Source of the DNA: Octopus sinensis
Taxonomy: Eukaryota
DNA: 64,000 nucleotides
Direction of reading: 5' to 3'
NCBI RefSeq assembly: GCF_006345805.1
Contig: NC_043004.1
Location: forward strand, 97,154,001-97,218,000
Part shown: one piece after another, positions 12,686 to 27,680 of the stretch
Layout: every line of letters starts with the position of its first letter
Numbering within the stretch: position 1 is the first letter of the stretch
Notes under the pieces: generated by a model
Seen by the model: only the letters and a program-made list of their open reading frames with translations
Database searches by the model: none
Told to the model about the DNA's origin: nothing
Program-made: the position numbers and the translations under genes

Positions 12686-13020
12686 TATATATATTATATA
12701 TATATATATTATATTATATATATTATATATATTATATATATATATATATATATACATACATATATATATATAATATATTATATATATATACATACATACA
12801 TATATATATAATATGTTATATATATATATATACATACATATATATATATAAATATGTTATATATATATATATACATACATACATATATATATATATATGT
12901 ATATATAATATTAGGGAGCATATCCAAACTTACAGGGAAAAATTATATTTGAAATTGTCACAAAACGTACATATGTATGTGTGTGTATGTGTGTTTGTGT
13001 GTATGTATGTATGTATGAAT
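12580..13020. repeat. Compound (TATG)n/(TA)n microsatellite field
   Basis: Seen directly. Similar fields: 10027-10505, 14075-14280, 14920-15290, 20620-20800, 21880-22060, 22570-22890, 23445-23735, 24165-24340, 27410-27680, 27954-28340, 43270-43900, 48735-48850, 54810-54975, 55245-55557, 58465-58680, 62740-63130. Confidence 0.95.
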
Positions 13021-13702
13021 GCCTAATAGTGGTTTTATCTCTAATTTAATTTATATATATATATATATGTATATATTCAATATCAGCTTGAAAGATCTCC
13101 ATTTCCACTTCGAACTTGTAAAGCAAACGACAAACAACATTACTTTTCACATGACCGAGCTTGTAAAAAATTTGTTTAAATATACTTATTCTTCAACGTC
13201 TTCATCATGTCTAATTGGTAACATAATTTATTGCTATGGAACGTATTGAACTTTCAGCTTTTTGTCATGTATTAATTGCTATGAAATTGTCGAACATTTT
13301 AACATTCATGTTTTCTTATTGCTCTGGTGCTAATTGGACAGTTGAATTTTCAACTTGTAATTTTCATAAGGAACCTTGTTGACATTTGACTTTCGAGCAT
13401 GTTTTATCACCATGAGACTCTGTCGCCCGCATTCTATTTCTTCTAAATTTTCATCTTAAGTTTTACTTTTCATTTCCCGCAGAGAAACATAAGAAATGTT
13501 GAAACCGGTAAAGTATTTTGGCAAATTTCAAAAATAAAATGTGAAATTAATTTTCAAATCTACGTGCATTTACAAATCCAGAGCAATTTTCATAAATTCC
13601 TATTTGCACGAGAGCAAAATAGTTTTGCATAAATATACATATATTAATATACATATGTGTCTTATGTGCCTCTGTATCTCTGTCTATGTATGTGTGTGTG
13701 CA

Positions 13703-13762
<60 letters not shown>

Positions 13763-14073
13763 ATATATAGTTATTATATGGTGAAAGTCATCTTGTGCTT
13801 TCAGGTTGTCAGTGACATTTCTGATATTCCGTTCATGACCTCTTCGACGGCTATTGAGTCCCGATGCAGATCTGCAGGGTGGGGTGGGGGCTGAAGTATA
13901 AGTGACACAGGAAATGTGTAATTTACTGTGCACTTCCAACTAGTTACCAATCTTCCATCGCTACAGCTCTGTCAGTTGATGGAGAGACAAATGTAGTCAC
14001 CATAAAAAGACATCTGTAAGTCATTGGATGACAGGGACAAATCTTAACAGGACACGTGGACACGAGTACCAAA

Positions 14074-14140
<67 letters not shown>

Positions 14141-14192
14141 CTACCTATCTATCTATTTATCTGTCTGTCTGTATGTATGTCTGTCTATCTAC

Positions 14193-14234
<42 letters not shown>

Positions 14235-14371
14235 TATATATATATTATATATATATATATATATATACATATATATATAAATATTGAAATTTACAGAAAA
14301 ACAAAAGACAAAGACAGGTTTATGAACAACAAGCAGGTGTATTAGTTTGACGCTCGGGAAAATGAAAAAAG

Positions 14372-14406
14372 TCCTTTACGTTTCGAGCCCACGCTCTTCA
14401 AAAGAA
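14372..14406 (-). ncRNA. Degenerate minimal hammerhead motif
   Basis: Minus strand: UUCUU-UUGAAGA-GCGUGGGCUC-GAAA-CG-UA-AAGGA. C3 is U, stem III is the palindrome ACGU, stem I is 5 bp with one G:U. Confidence 0.45.
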
Positions 14407-15649
14407 AGGAATAAGAGAAAATAAACAGAGAAAATGAAACGATGAAAAAATATATATGCGTGTTTGTATGTGTAACAGGGTTAAAAATAATATTTGCAAA
14501 TCTCAATACTGTAAAAGTGAACGAAATCCTCAATCTAATAAGTAGTTTCTCTTTAGTTCTGAATTGGGCACTTGCCTTATCTGTAAATTCAAAAGTAGAC
14601 ACACAGACATACATAAACACGTTTTAATTTTATTTACCAGATAAATAATTTATATCGTATACAAAATATAAAGTTATTGCAATGATTGCTGCTTGGCTCT
14701 TCAGAATTTTAGTCGCCGTTTTAAAACCCTTTGAATATGTAGCTGTGTGGTGGACGGGCACACACATTATACGCATTATACGCATGTTTCGTTGTGTATG
14801 TGTTTGCGTATGTGTGCTTGCGTATCAGTACATAATAGTTTTATTCACTGTCTTGGTTTTATTCGCATTTCTTTATCTAAACAATAAAGTTTTACAGCAT
14901 AGTGAGCGTATATGTACGCTATATATATATATATAAATACAATAATACATACATACAAATATATTTATATATATGTGTGTATGTATATATATGTATATAT
15001 ATATATATATATACATATATGTGCGTATACATATGTATGTATATATATATATATATATAATATATATATATACATATATGTGCGTATACATATGTATGTA
15101 TATTATATATATATATATTATTACATATATGTGCGTATACATATGTATGTATATTTATATACAAAGTGACTGACGACACACATATACGCATATGCACGCA
15201 TATAGACGGACACGCACACACAAACACGTACATATACAAATGCATGCATATATGTTTGTACGTATGTATGTATGTATGTTCATACACACACTTGCTACCA
15301 ATATATTTTTATATACCATTTTACCATCTGGATGAATATATACAAAGATGTCTTATTTACGTTATTGTTTACTGTAAATGTTTGCAATTCTGTATCTGTT
15401 GCAGTTTTTCTAGTATTGTGGTCTGTTGTTTTTGTTCTTCTTTCTGGATCGATAAGGGTCTCAATTTGTTTATTCTTCCTGCATGAGATAAACCCCAAAA
15501 TCAATTTCTATTCTCTGATTTACCTTCCGATAACTAAAATAAATATTGGAATGAATAATTGGGAGGAAGATGGGCGTACTGATGCTTGGAGGAGAGGAGA
15601 GGAGAAATGGGGCGAAGTCTTATTGGAGGAAATGTACTAAGATAAAAAT

Positions 15650-16010
15650 GAGGATGATGACAACGATGATGATGATGATGATGGTGATTTTGATTGCTGT
15701 GGCCTCGACAGTGGTGGCAATGAGGTTGGTGAAGATATGGACGATGATTATGTCGGCGACATAGTTAATTATAGTGTTAATGATGATGTTGATAATGATG
15801 ATGATGTTGCCAACGAGGATGATGATGATGACGACGATGACGACGATGCCGATGATAATGATGATGAGGACTACAACTACGGCAAAAGGATGATAATGCA
15901 TACCAAGGACTGCGACAGTGACAAAGATGATGAGGACGACGATGATGACAATATCGATGGTGAAGTTGATGTGGACGACAAAAATGATGAAAATAATGAT
16001 GAGGATGAAA
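15650..16010. repeat. Degenerate (GAT/GAC)n low-complexity tract
   Basis: Seen directly. It explains the poly-Asp and poly-Met ORFs. Confidence 0.9.
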
Positions 16011-16327
16011 AATTGCTCTGCTAAAATTAGAATTTGAAGAAGATGAAATAATTTAAGGCTAGATTAATGGAGATTTTAAAAGACAAATATAAAATCGTAC
16101 ATGGTGTGAAGATGAAGGAGAATATAAATAATCGTGAAGCCTTTCAAGCCTAAATTATGAAGGCCAGTTACGACTGATGAGAACAATACTGTTTGCAGCT
16201 CAACTGTCGTGCAATCTTTGAGTTGCTGCATATTTCTATAGATTATTTTCATTGGTCAAACACGTATTAGTATGGGCATTGATGCAGTGGCACACGCACA
16301 CATACACTCATACAATATAATTGCAAT

Positions 16328-16750
16328 TTCTCTCTTTCTCTTTTCTCTCTTTTACTTGTTTCAGTCATTTGACTGCGGCCATGCTGGAGCACTGCCTTTT
16401 AGTCGAGCAAATCAACCCCGGGACTTATTCTTTGTAATACCAGTACTTATTCTATCGGTCTCTTTTTGCCGAACCGCTATGTGACGGGGACGTAAACACA
16501 GCAGCATCGGTTGTCAAGCAATGCTAGGGGGTCAAACACAGACACACAAATACACACACGCATAGATATATATATATACATATATACGACGGGCTTCTTT
16601 CAGTTTCCGTCTACCAAATCTACTCACAAGGCATTGGTCGGCCCGGGGCTATAGCAGAAGACACTTGCCTAAGATGCCACGCAGTGGGACTAAACCCGGA
16701 ACCATGTGGTTGGTCAGCAAGCTACTTACCACACAGCCAATTCCTACGCC
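16328..16750 (-). mobile_element. SINE family A, full length
   Basis: Same head, body and tail as 334-777. Confidence 0.9.
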
Positions 16751-16989
16751 TATTGTGTATATTGTAACTATCTTAAAGTTCGGTTATGCCTAAGCACTTC
16801 AGGGTGCCTATACTTTACCTTTCCTAGGCGTGAAGAGAGCAGATTGGCATGCATGGGTGACTGCTGACCTTTCACAGGCAGCCGTGATTGGATTTATGCT
16901 TTGGAGAGGAACTTACCAGGTGCAATTCCATGTTCATTCGTGACCGAAGGGAGGTCTTTACCCTTTATATATACTAGTGTGTATAACGT

Positions 16990-17286
16990 GGAGGCGCAAT
17001 GGCCCAGTGGTTAGGGCATCAGACTCGCGGTCGGAGGATCGCAGTTTCGATTCCCAGACCCGGCGTTGTGTGTGTTTATTGAGCGAAAACACCTAAAAGC
17101 TCCACGAGGCTCCGGCAGGGTGTGGTGGCAACCACTGTTGTACTCTTTCGCCCCAACTTTCTCTCACTCTCCATGTTTCTTGAGTAACGTTGCGACGGAC
17201 TGGCGTCCTGTCCAGCTGGGGGGAACACATACGCCACAGAAACCGGGAAACCGGGCCCATGAGCCTGGCTAGGCTTGAAAAGGGCG
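16990..17286 (+). mobile_element. SINE family B head with a different 3' tail
   Basis: Matches 4373 up to TACTCTTTCGCC, then diverges to ...CCATGAGCCTGGCTAGGCTTGAAAAGGGCG. Confidence 0.8.
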
Positions 17287-18098
17287 TGTAAATAAAAAAA
17301 AAATTAAAAAGTGTGTACAACATTTACAATGATTCGGCAAATGTGCGACAACACCAGCTGTAACATATTGTCAAAGAGAATCTGTTTCCTAGTTCTTTAA
17401 CATGAAGGAAAGCAAGTTTAGCTCTAGTTCCCTTGATTACGTCAGCCGAAACTCTTTTCAACAAGAGGTTATTCGGTGTGTCTTTCATACAAGGCAATGC
17501 AAATGTAATAAGACTTGTGGTATTTCTGTATGGTTGAGGAATGTTCACTTAACAGGGTCAGGAATTTTCTTGCTCTTCAATAACATTGTTATTGTTAGCT
17601 ATAATTGTATAGCGTCACTTCTCAAATATGATCAATGTGAAGAAATATAACATTTGTTAGGCTTTTAATGTTAGTTATGTATGCTGGGCCAATGAAGGAG
17701 GTGTCTATAAAGCTACATAAATTGTAACAAGTAGCAGCCCTCTCTCTCTCTCTCTCATAATTCGCTGCTACCGCCCTAAAAAAGAAAGGAAATGTTCAAA
17801 TTGTAGTCGAAAACACTGTTAAAAGTGGTAAAGGACAACGTTCATCATAGCCCTCTTTCATCAACATTAACTTAAGGAAAAGTAGCAATTAGTAAATATA
17901 ATATATACGAAGCTGTGTATAACCATTAGACAAATCCTGGAGGAGGAAAAGTAAAGAATGTGTCCCAGTAATTTGGCACGTAACTTTAGGTGCTCGTTTG
18001 CCTTCCTTTCCATAGACTTAAACTGCATCCCATGATGCTGCTTGTTTTGATTGCGGAATAGTAAAATATATGCAAGACTTTTCAACATGTTTTCAATA

Positions 18099-18510
18099 GG
18101 CGTAGGAGTGGCTGTGTGGTAAGTAGCTTGCTAACCAACCACATGGTTCCGGGTTAAGTCCTACTGCGTGGCACCTTGAGCAAGTGTCTTCTACTATAGT
18201 CTTGAGCCGACCAAACGCTTGTGAATGGATTTGGTAGACGGAAACTGAAAGAAGCCTGTCGTATATATGTATATATATATATATATGTATGTGTGTGTTT
18301 GTGTGTCTGTGTTTGTCCCCCTAGCATTGCTTGACAACCGATGCTGGTGTGTTTACGTCCCCGTCACTTAGCGGTTCGGCAAAAGAGACCGATAGAATAA
18401 GTACTCGGCTTACAAAGAATAAGTCCCGGGGTCGATTTGCTCGACTAAAGGCGGTGCTCCAGCATGGCCGCAGTCAAATGACTGAAACAAGTAAAAGAGT
18501 AAAAGAGAGT
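18099..18510 (+). mobile_element. SINE family A, full length
   Basis: Head to AGTAAAAGAGAG tail. Confidence 0.9.
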
Positions 18511-18544
18511 ATACCAATCCATCCTCTATTTTTGGTATGTTTTT

Positions 18545-20600
18545 CTTTTAGGTATGTTAGTCCAGTTGTTTTGGGATTTGTGCGAGGTCATCAAGAAAGA
18601 GTACACCCAGCTGAACTCTCTGCCGTCTCGTAGAAGTTTGTTCTCTTTCCTGTTCTGCAGTATCTTGATATATTTGTGTTTTCTGCTGTCGTTTAGTGGT
18701 TACTTAGCGAGAGCTACTATACTATGCTGGAGGGCTGTCTGCACTGATCTCAAGCCTCTACCCACCTCGTCTCTTGTTTGGTTGAGATTGTCGCTATCGA
18801 TGTTTAAGTGGAAGTTTCTAGCTGATGACAGGATCTTTTCTCTACAGAGCAGTCAAGTATCCTAAACATTGCTCTTAGTTCTGTTACTGCAAATGCATTG
18901 TGCGATATTGTCTATGTGTAAGAGTAAAGCTCCAGTTGCCAGATTTTAAAACTCTTGTGAAATATTCTCTTTCACTTTATTTTCATTCACAGCACCTTCG
19001 TTGTATGGAGTAGAAAATACAAGGAGACAGCTCTATCACTGATATTCGGTTTGGGGGACTAAATTTTCACGTTTACAACCAAAATATGAAGCTTCTTTTC
19101 ACCAGAATTTCATTCAGCTGCAATTGTTGTTATTAACTCCAGCTATTTTACAATTGTGTAAATATTTTTAGCATAGATTTTCTGGTCATCCACAAAGAAA
19201 TTATGGGTTACAGATCGTAGCCTGTAACTAATGGATTTTTGTAAAACGAATGACTGATTTAATGAGAAAATGAAGAGAAGAACAGAAAGATTATATCTAT
19301 AACATCGGAAGCGTCGTTTCGCTTTCATTTGTAATTTCAAGAATTGCTGTTTAGATCTTTGTGAGTCTTTCAGTGGCAAAACTAAAGTGAAGAGAATTCA
19401 GCAACCATGAAAGGGGATAATTTCGAATGCTGTTCTTTAATCAAATCATACTGTCAAAAGGCTGTGTGGTGTTTTCTTACTTCCTGCAGTACAGTTTTGT
19501 TTACTAAAAATTTGTGCGTTCAGTCTGCATATCAGTCACTTTGGTTTAGGATCCAAAATGATCTGGGAGAAATGGACTGAGACAGTTCGGGTTAAGCTTG
19601 TCTTGTGCACAATGGGCCTATGGTTTTCTATCAATTAAATGGTTTCATTCTTGGCTATAAATTTCATCTGTGCTATACTAAGCCAATTATGTCAATCTTT
19701 TGAATATACATACTAATGGCTTTCTAGAGAAGTTCAGAATCTTGTACTAGTATCCAGCTTCCTATTTTTTAGTGCAGTTTCCCATTTATAGTTTGCCTAC
19801 GGCTGTGGTGAATGTTTCGGGGCTGAATGCATGATTTGTAGTAGATGTTCTAAGAGCATTCTAAATGGTTATCCATTGTACATGTCGATTGAAATCTTTC
19901 TTATCATTTCAAACATTAGACCAGAATAATCTCAGATCGTCCTGAGAGAAGGCTTTCTTAACGGCGAGCTGGCAGAATCGTTAGCACACCAGGCGAAATG
20001 CTCAGCAGTATTTCGTCTGCCGCTACGTTCTGAGTTCAAATTCCGCCGAGGTCGACTTTGCCTTTCATCCTTTCGGGGTCGATTAAACAAGTACCAGTTA
20101 CGCACTGGGGTCGATGTAATCGACATAATACCTATGTTTGGCCTTGTTTGTTCCCTCTATGTTTAGCCCCTTGTGGGTAATAAAGAAATAGGTAATGTTT
20201 TTCTTCCTCATGTCCCGGTATAAAAAGATATTCGTTGATTTGAAGCAAACTTGTGATTTATACTGCTTCACTCAAAATCTTTCCCATGATAACGAAGCAT
20301 TTTGGTGAGCATCTAGAGTCCGTGCTTTACGTGGCTAGATTGTCTTCAAGAGTTTGACGTGAAGAAGCATAGCGTTTTGTTATTTTTGCATAAGATGTAA
20401 TTGGTAAGGTGAGACTTCATTAATTCCTTCACATATTATTATTGTGGTTAATCATCCAGTATATTCCAGAGTCGTTGCGAATGAATCGGTTCCATGTGGA
20501 TATACACGAGGGTTTAGGAATGCCGCTGGTTGATACTGGATGCTTGCTTTGTTTAGCTTTGCTTTCTTCTACATCACCAAGCTGGTATTTTGCACTCAGT
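18545..20600 (-). mobile_element. R4/Dong-like (R2 superfamily) non-LTR retrotransposon RT relic, heavily decayed
   Basis: Minus strand VTHNFFVDDQKIYAKN resembles RT motif C of the (S/T)HL.YMDDLKLYAK type. Near 18740-18800, NIDSDNLNQTRDEVGRGLRSVQ resembles the D.LY..R..GGRGL motif. Outer limits are approximate. Confidence 0.7.
19963..20190 (+). mobile_element. SINE family D (octopus OK-like), inserted in the LINE relic
   Basis: GGCGAGCTGGCAGAATCGTTAGC head, GAGTTCAAATTCC B box, GGTCGACTTTGCCTTTCATCCTTTCGGGGTCG core, TAATAAAGAAATA tail. Confidence 0.9.
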
Positions 20601-20632
20601 GAGAGAGCTTATAAACATATATTATGCATGCA

Positions 20633-20692
<60 letters not shown>

Positions 20693-21926
20693 CATACATA
20701 CATACATGCATACATACTACATACATGCATGCATACATACATACATGCATGCATACATACATACATACATGTAAACGTGTGTGTGTGTGTGTGTATAATT
20801 TAGCTACACCAGTTTGTAATGGCGTATTGTTTTGAAAGTAAACAGATGTGACTAAATGTTATTATTTGCTTTGGAAAGAGAGAAATAAGGAGATTACCCA
20901 AACATAATTCGCCAGTGATTAGCCAAACTTTAGAGAACTAACAAGCTTCTTCATAAGAAGAATGAATGGCTGCCAGTCAGATTTGCCAACAAGACATAAA
21001 AAATGTCAGGGTAATCTCTTTATTTTCCTATGTGAGAAAAGGAAAAAAATATTCTTTGTTATTTTCAAGTGTAAGCATTATTAACTGTAGTCTGCCTTAA
21101 TACCATCCTGAATTTTCCATTACATGTTAATTGTATATAAAATATTAATAATGCATATGCATAAATTTTGTGTGTATATATCTATTATATCTATATAGTT
21201 ATATATATTATGCATACATATATGCGTGTATAAAGATACATACACATATATATTATGTGCATATGAAAATCTACACATACTTTATGATCCATCATATATC
21301 TTAGGTATACTATAAATATACAAAGCATACCAGTCAAGATAAAACCTCTACATGCTCTTGAGCTTGCAAGAAACAAGAACTGAATTTACTCTTAAGCAAA
21401 CACTATCAAATAATAATGGATGGACACACTGTATAATGTAGTCATGTCTGAACAAAAAGAAAAGTTCGTTGTGACAAGAAATTATTTGATCCCAGTACTG
21501 CTCAGATAACTTGACTTTTAGGTTAAATAACAACAGCATAAATAAAAAAAAATACATGTGTTTACTGTACGATCAAACCTTTGTTGCTTTCTTTCAAAAC
21601 AGAATATAAATTCAAAACATCTGTATCTCATTTTATTATTTCCTTTCAATTACGAATTCCATTTTGTCATACATTTGATAAACCCAGTATTTTATTGATG
21701 GCCAGATTGATATCGCTGTCAAACAGTTGTAAAATGAGCCTTGGTGAGATGGAGTTTTAAACCTTGCGATTCTAATATATGTTGATTGTTATGTTTTACC
21801 CCCTCATATTATTATTGCTTGGTTCTATTCTTTGTGTTGATCTGAACATACAAATTAATCCTTGGATAATAAAAGGAATCATATACGAATATTCATGTGT
21901 GCAAGCATGTATTTATGCATGAACGT

Positions 21927-21980
<54 letters not shown>

Positions 21981-23461
21981 TATGCATGTATATATAATAT
22001 TTGTATACAAGTATGTATATCTATATGTATTCATATATATACATATATAATTTATATGATGCATACAAGGAACAAATTCATTGTATATTACACATATAAT
22101 GATTGCTTCTCTTGTTCACAGTTATGGTAGTAATAAGGGTCAGGGCTATAAATTATAACCATCCTAACTTCAATCTTTATTCTCAGATATTTCCTATTCA
22201 CTATTTATTCTAATGTGTTTACTACTAAATTGTCAACTATAAAAGTTTTATTGTCATTTTGTTGTGAAACATAAAAATACTGCTTTCAAATATCATATCT
22301 ATATATACATGTATCTGTTTGTATATAAATGTATGCAAAAGTGAAATGGAAAATATGTATGCATATATTTCTATTCAGAAAAACACGCACACATATATAT
22401 GCTCATGCATGTATGTACATCTATGTGTGTGTGTATGTGTGACCATCCATATGTATATGTGTATGTGCCAGGGTGCTATTTGTCTGCATAATATTATATA
22501 TTTATTAGTAAGCAGCCACTTATACGTGTATGAATGTATGCATACATGTAGGCACATAAATTATTTTTGAAATTTAATACATATATACATACATACATGC
22601 ATGATCATATACACACACTCATAAACAAATATATGTACATATATTTATAAATACTTATATATGCATATATGTGCATATATACATGTGTATATGTACATAT
22701 ATATGTATAATATATGTATATATATATGTATATATATATATATGTACATATATACATATATATATATATGTATATATATATCTATATATATGTATATACA
22801 TATACATATGTATATATATATATATCTATATATATATGTGCGTCTGTGTTTGTGTGTGTGTATGCATGTCTATGTACATATAAACATATATATGGAATAT
22901 TATAATGCTGTGAATAAAATAAAACTTAAAACTTGATGGTTTTCCATTATTACCAAAGGTGTTTACTGAATAATAGGTTTTATTTTCTATATTTATTTAT
23001 TCATTTATTCTTTCTTTTAATTCACATTTTACTTTTATTTTAACTTTTATTTCCTGAGCATTGTTTGCTTATTATTGGATCTCCATGCATAACATTATAG
23101 CTTCCAATATTATTTGTTCTCTCCACATTAGGCTGCATTGATGCCTATAGATGGAGAGAGCTAGGATATCTGTCACATTTTATTGTATCATTGAGCAAAT
23201 TGCTTCAAATGTGTTTAAAGTGTGTTTTATAAAAAGCTTTCTTTATTTTGCTAAAATATTCATAATAAAAAATGAAAACGAAAAATTATCAGAGCATAAA
23301 TAAACAGTGAAAAAATAAACTTAAACTCATACAAAGTCATGCTAGTTTTCTCAACTTATTTCACCGCTGAATAACAATAAAATTAATGAAGAACAAAAAC
23401 ACAAGTAAAATATAAATAAACTTTAACAAATACACATAAACACGTATGTAAATATATATAT

Positions 23462-23510
<49 letters not shown>

Positions 23511-23620
23511 CCTATACATATATATACATATTAATATATGAATCTATATATATTAATATACATATGTATATACGTATTAAGTTCATATATAATACACACA
23601 CAACACATACACACATATAA

Positions 23621-23680
<60 letters not shown>

Positions 23681-24210
23681 CTATATAATATATATATATA
23701 TATGCATATACACACACACATATACATATATATATGACAAAACGTATAACAGCAAAACTTTGTCACTTACTCAGCTAATCAGCGTTCAGACATTCAGAAT
23801 TTTCAAATGAATAGGAGTCAAGCTCAAAACATGCACTAAAACAACAACATTAACAATAACAGCAACAATTATAATAATACTAATAATACTAATAAATAGA
23901 ATAATAGATTTAATTGAAAATTTCCAAGGCAATACACTTGATAATAGATTCAGAATAAAATTGTAATATTGTGACAAAGCATTGTGAATTTGGAACAATT
24001 CTGTGTTCTCTGTGTTCTGTACTTCGATGAAATTCTGTTAAATGTTATGAACATAGGAGAAAAATGTAAAGTATAATAAGACATAAATTAAACAGCAACT
24101 TCAATTATGGTTTCCATTTAGAAACAAATAAAATAGAAGAAAGCAAAAGACTGGAAAATGGCAAATATATATACATATACATCATATATACTTACTTTCA
24201 TAGATATACG

Positions 24211-24277
<67 letters not shown>

Positions 24278-24289
24278 TATATATGTGTG

Positions 24290-24324
<35 letters not shown>

Positions 24325-26610
24325 ATGTGTATACATAATTTAATAAGCACAAATTGAAATGTAAACGACTGTAAGATTCACACTCTGACAACACAATAGA
24401 CGAAGAAGTTTGCATAGTGTGACGTGTACTATCCAGCTACTGTGCTATCAGCGCCTGAAACTTACAGTAGTTCACATTTAAATCCTGTGTTTACTTGATT
24501 TTTATCTCTTTGTGAATGGAGCACTCTTCTTTTAATTCCACCGATAATAAAACAGTACACTTATCAATGTATGTATACAGGTATGGATAGGTAGACAGAT
24601 CGTTAAATGCATATGTATTAATATTTGTAAGTACATATATTTTCAGAACATACAAATTTCATTGCTGTTGTTGTTATCACCGTAATTGATATTCTTGTCA
24701 TCAGTCTCCTCAGTTTTAGCTTCATTTCAATTCTGAACCGATGAGAATATGATGGTATACATTCTGCCAATGACTATATCCCGTGCTTATTTTATTATTT
24801 TTTTTTCGTCATTGTGTATCTAGTATTACATTTTCAAATTGTCATTTCATTTTTAGGATGATAGGGTATGATTTGAAGAAAACTTTCGCAGTTAAATAAC
24901 TGTTTACTGATTTTATTGTTATCTTACCTATTTATGTGTGTTGAGTGTTTATGTGTGTGTGTACATATAGATTCAGATGAATATGGTACTTAAGTTGAGG
25001 CACCAGAATTTAGTATGGTATTATCCATACAATTTCAAAGTAAGGTGATTAAAATTAAAATAAGCAACAAGGATATCCAGAGGTAATGCAGTACGATCGT
25101 TTCAAGCAACTCCATTTAATTGAACAATGCAATCATTACATCAATTTAAATGCAGAGCAAACCTCAGAGTTAAATAAGAATCAAAAGGGATCCAGACAAA
25201 ATATGGTTGAGAACCACAGAACTAGCGCTTCCTTTTATCAAGTCTACTTCATATTCAGCCAAAGCTGGATACATTCTTGTGGATCTTCTTTGTATAATTC
25301 TGTGTCAACACAAGTACATGGTTCATGAATCAGAAGTTATTTCAACAACTGTGTCATAATATATAACGCTCTGTGTCATAGTCACACATGGTGAGACTAG
25401 AGGAGCTGTGTCCCATTTGTTGACTGTCACCTTAGATTTATCAACTCAGCAATAGCGTAAGATAAGGCAAGTGTTACAGGGAAGTGTAATTTTTTCTTTG
25501 TTATTACTAACTTTTATGGTTTTCTTGTAAATTTTTCTGCTTTTGTGATCCTACACGTAATATGTCCTACGTCCTACAACTCAGCTTCTCAGTTGCAAAA
25601 GTATTGGATACATTAGGGGAATAAAAGGTTAGATAGTTATGTTTGTACATCTTTGATCATAGATATGCTCATTTAGCGGCAGACCCGAAGCTAATAGGTA
25701 TCACAGAGTAAACAACAATCCTACATTCCTCATTGTGTTCCTTCAAACTAACAAAAGCTACCGCCAACTTGATTACAAACTTGTCTTTATGTTGTCATTT
25801 GCTCTGTTAGAAATAACAAAATATATCCGATCATCCTAAATTAGGAAAGACTACATTTGATAATGTGTTACTACATAGTTGTAAGTAAAACAGGATTGTA
25901 ACTGTTCCAATATATTTAATCATAAAACAACTTTGTTCCTCGAGGGATTAGTGGTGGATGATCAACAATTATTACAAACATTCACACTCAAAGACCTAGT
26001 AATCATTTTCAGCGTCTACATCTCCAAAACTCTCAGACCATCACACAACCACCACTGCATCTCCTAAAATATCAACCAACACCGAAGCATCAAACATCAT
26101 ATGCCAACATCTGTCAGAAATAAAATGTAGGAAACCTCAAAGAGAATACTGTAACAACCAACAGACCGATGTACGTAGTTACAATGGAATAATAAAGAAT
26201 AAGAAATATTTTATCGATGATAATATTTAGCAGCAACGAAAGACACATGGGGATCTTTTATTGGAAACAAAAATAGAAGAAAACAATTTCGATTCATACA
26301 CTTCTAAGGAAATTTTGCACCTGATGAACTCTTGAAATATTTAATACTTTACCATTATATATATATATATATATATATATAACTTTTATCAAGTATATAT
26401 CTTTAGTTTTGTATTTTTCATATTCCTTTTTTCAGAATTTTCTATAAATGGAAATTTGCTCCGTCCTTTCTAGATGTATGTATGAGTAGGTGCGGGCATA
26501 TTTTGCGTTTGTGTATGTCTTAAGGCACAAATATGGGCGTATGTTTTTGTAATGTATAAGTATGTGTATACAATGAAGAATATAATTGTCAGCATGTATA
26601 TAAAAATAGT

Positions 26611-26668
<58 letters not shown>

Positions 26669-27042
26669 TGTGTTGTATGTATATATACAAACACATACGT
26701 ATATAACTTTATGTATAGTAATCATATGGATAATAATATATATTTGTGGAACATATAAACATCTTCTTTGCATCCACGAATATATATACTGAAATATTTA
26801 TATCTGCATATGTCATTTTAAAAATACGTGTATGTATATATTTGTTCGTAAGCATCTGTATATATTATATAATATATATTATATAATATATATAATATAT
26901 ATAATTTCAGTAAAAACCATTAAGATTCAAGTGAGTTCCAAGGAATTCACATGAATGCGGTACTTAACTTAGATGCACCAGAAATCTATATGATATTAAC
27001 CATAAAATAATGTGGGGTGATTATAAACAGAAAAAAAACAAA

Positions 27043-27396
27043 AAGAATGGATTAGTTGTTCAGTACAATTGTTTCATACGAAGAACAGCTTTATTAAAAG
27101 CTGCAAATATTGCAGCAAATACAGTGTCCGTATTCATCAGCCAAAACACATATGAGTTTTCCAAACATCCTAGGGGGGAGGCTACACTCACGAAGTATCG
27201 AAGAGAGTTCTATGAAAGCAAAAGTTAGATTGTAAGCAGACTTCAAAAGTTCTCTAAGGATGCACAGTTTTAAAAATGGTTTTAAAAAAGTTTTGTTAGC
27301 TTCACAGAAAAGGTATTGTATTTGCTGCAATATTTGCAGCTTTAATAAAGCTGTTCTTCGTATGAACCAATTGTACTGAACAACTAATCCATTCTT
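27043..27396. mobile_element. MITE-like element with inverted termini of about 80 bp (27043-27123 / 27317-27396)
   Basis: AAGAATGGATTAGTTGTTCAGTACAATT...GCTGCAAATATTGCAGCAAATACA recurs as its reverse complement with about 2 differences. No clear TSD. Confidence 0.8.
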
Positions 27397-27463
27397 GTTG
27401 CTTTTTTCTTGTATATATATCTATATATATATAAATATATATATATAAATATATATATAATAA

Positions 27464-27511
<48 letters not shown>

Positions 27512-27629
27512 TATATATATATATATAAATATATGTATATATATAAATATATATATATATATGAAATATAATATATATATGAAATATACATATAAATATA
27601 TAGATATATAAATATATATATATATAAAA

Positions 27630-27664
<35 letters not shown>

Positions 27665-27680
27665 TATATATAGATATATA

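Noticed and set aside
13470-13520. GAAACCGGUA with an AACAU/AUGUU hairpin
   Set aside because: No acceptable CUGANGA core and no stem I.
14660-14710. Minus-strand CUGAAGAGC...AUUGCAAUA
   Set aside because: GAAA is missing and stem I does not pair. At best a dead relic.
16165-16215. CUGAUGAG...CUC followed by GUC
   Set aside because: No GAAA, and stem I is out of register.
17324-17600. Possible PLE linker relic (KFLTLLSEH..KYHK)
   Set aside because: The similarity is only a few residues and is not supportable without a search.
25085-25150. Minus-strand GAAACGAUCGUA palindrome
   Set aside because: No core or matching stem I upstream.
26310-26350. CUGAUGAACUCUUGAAA
   Set aside because: No stem I pairing. 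It is plausibly chance in AT-rich DNA.
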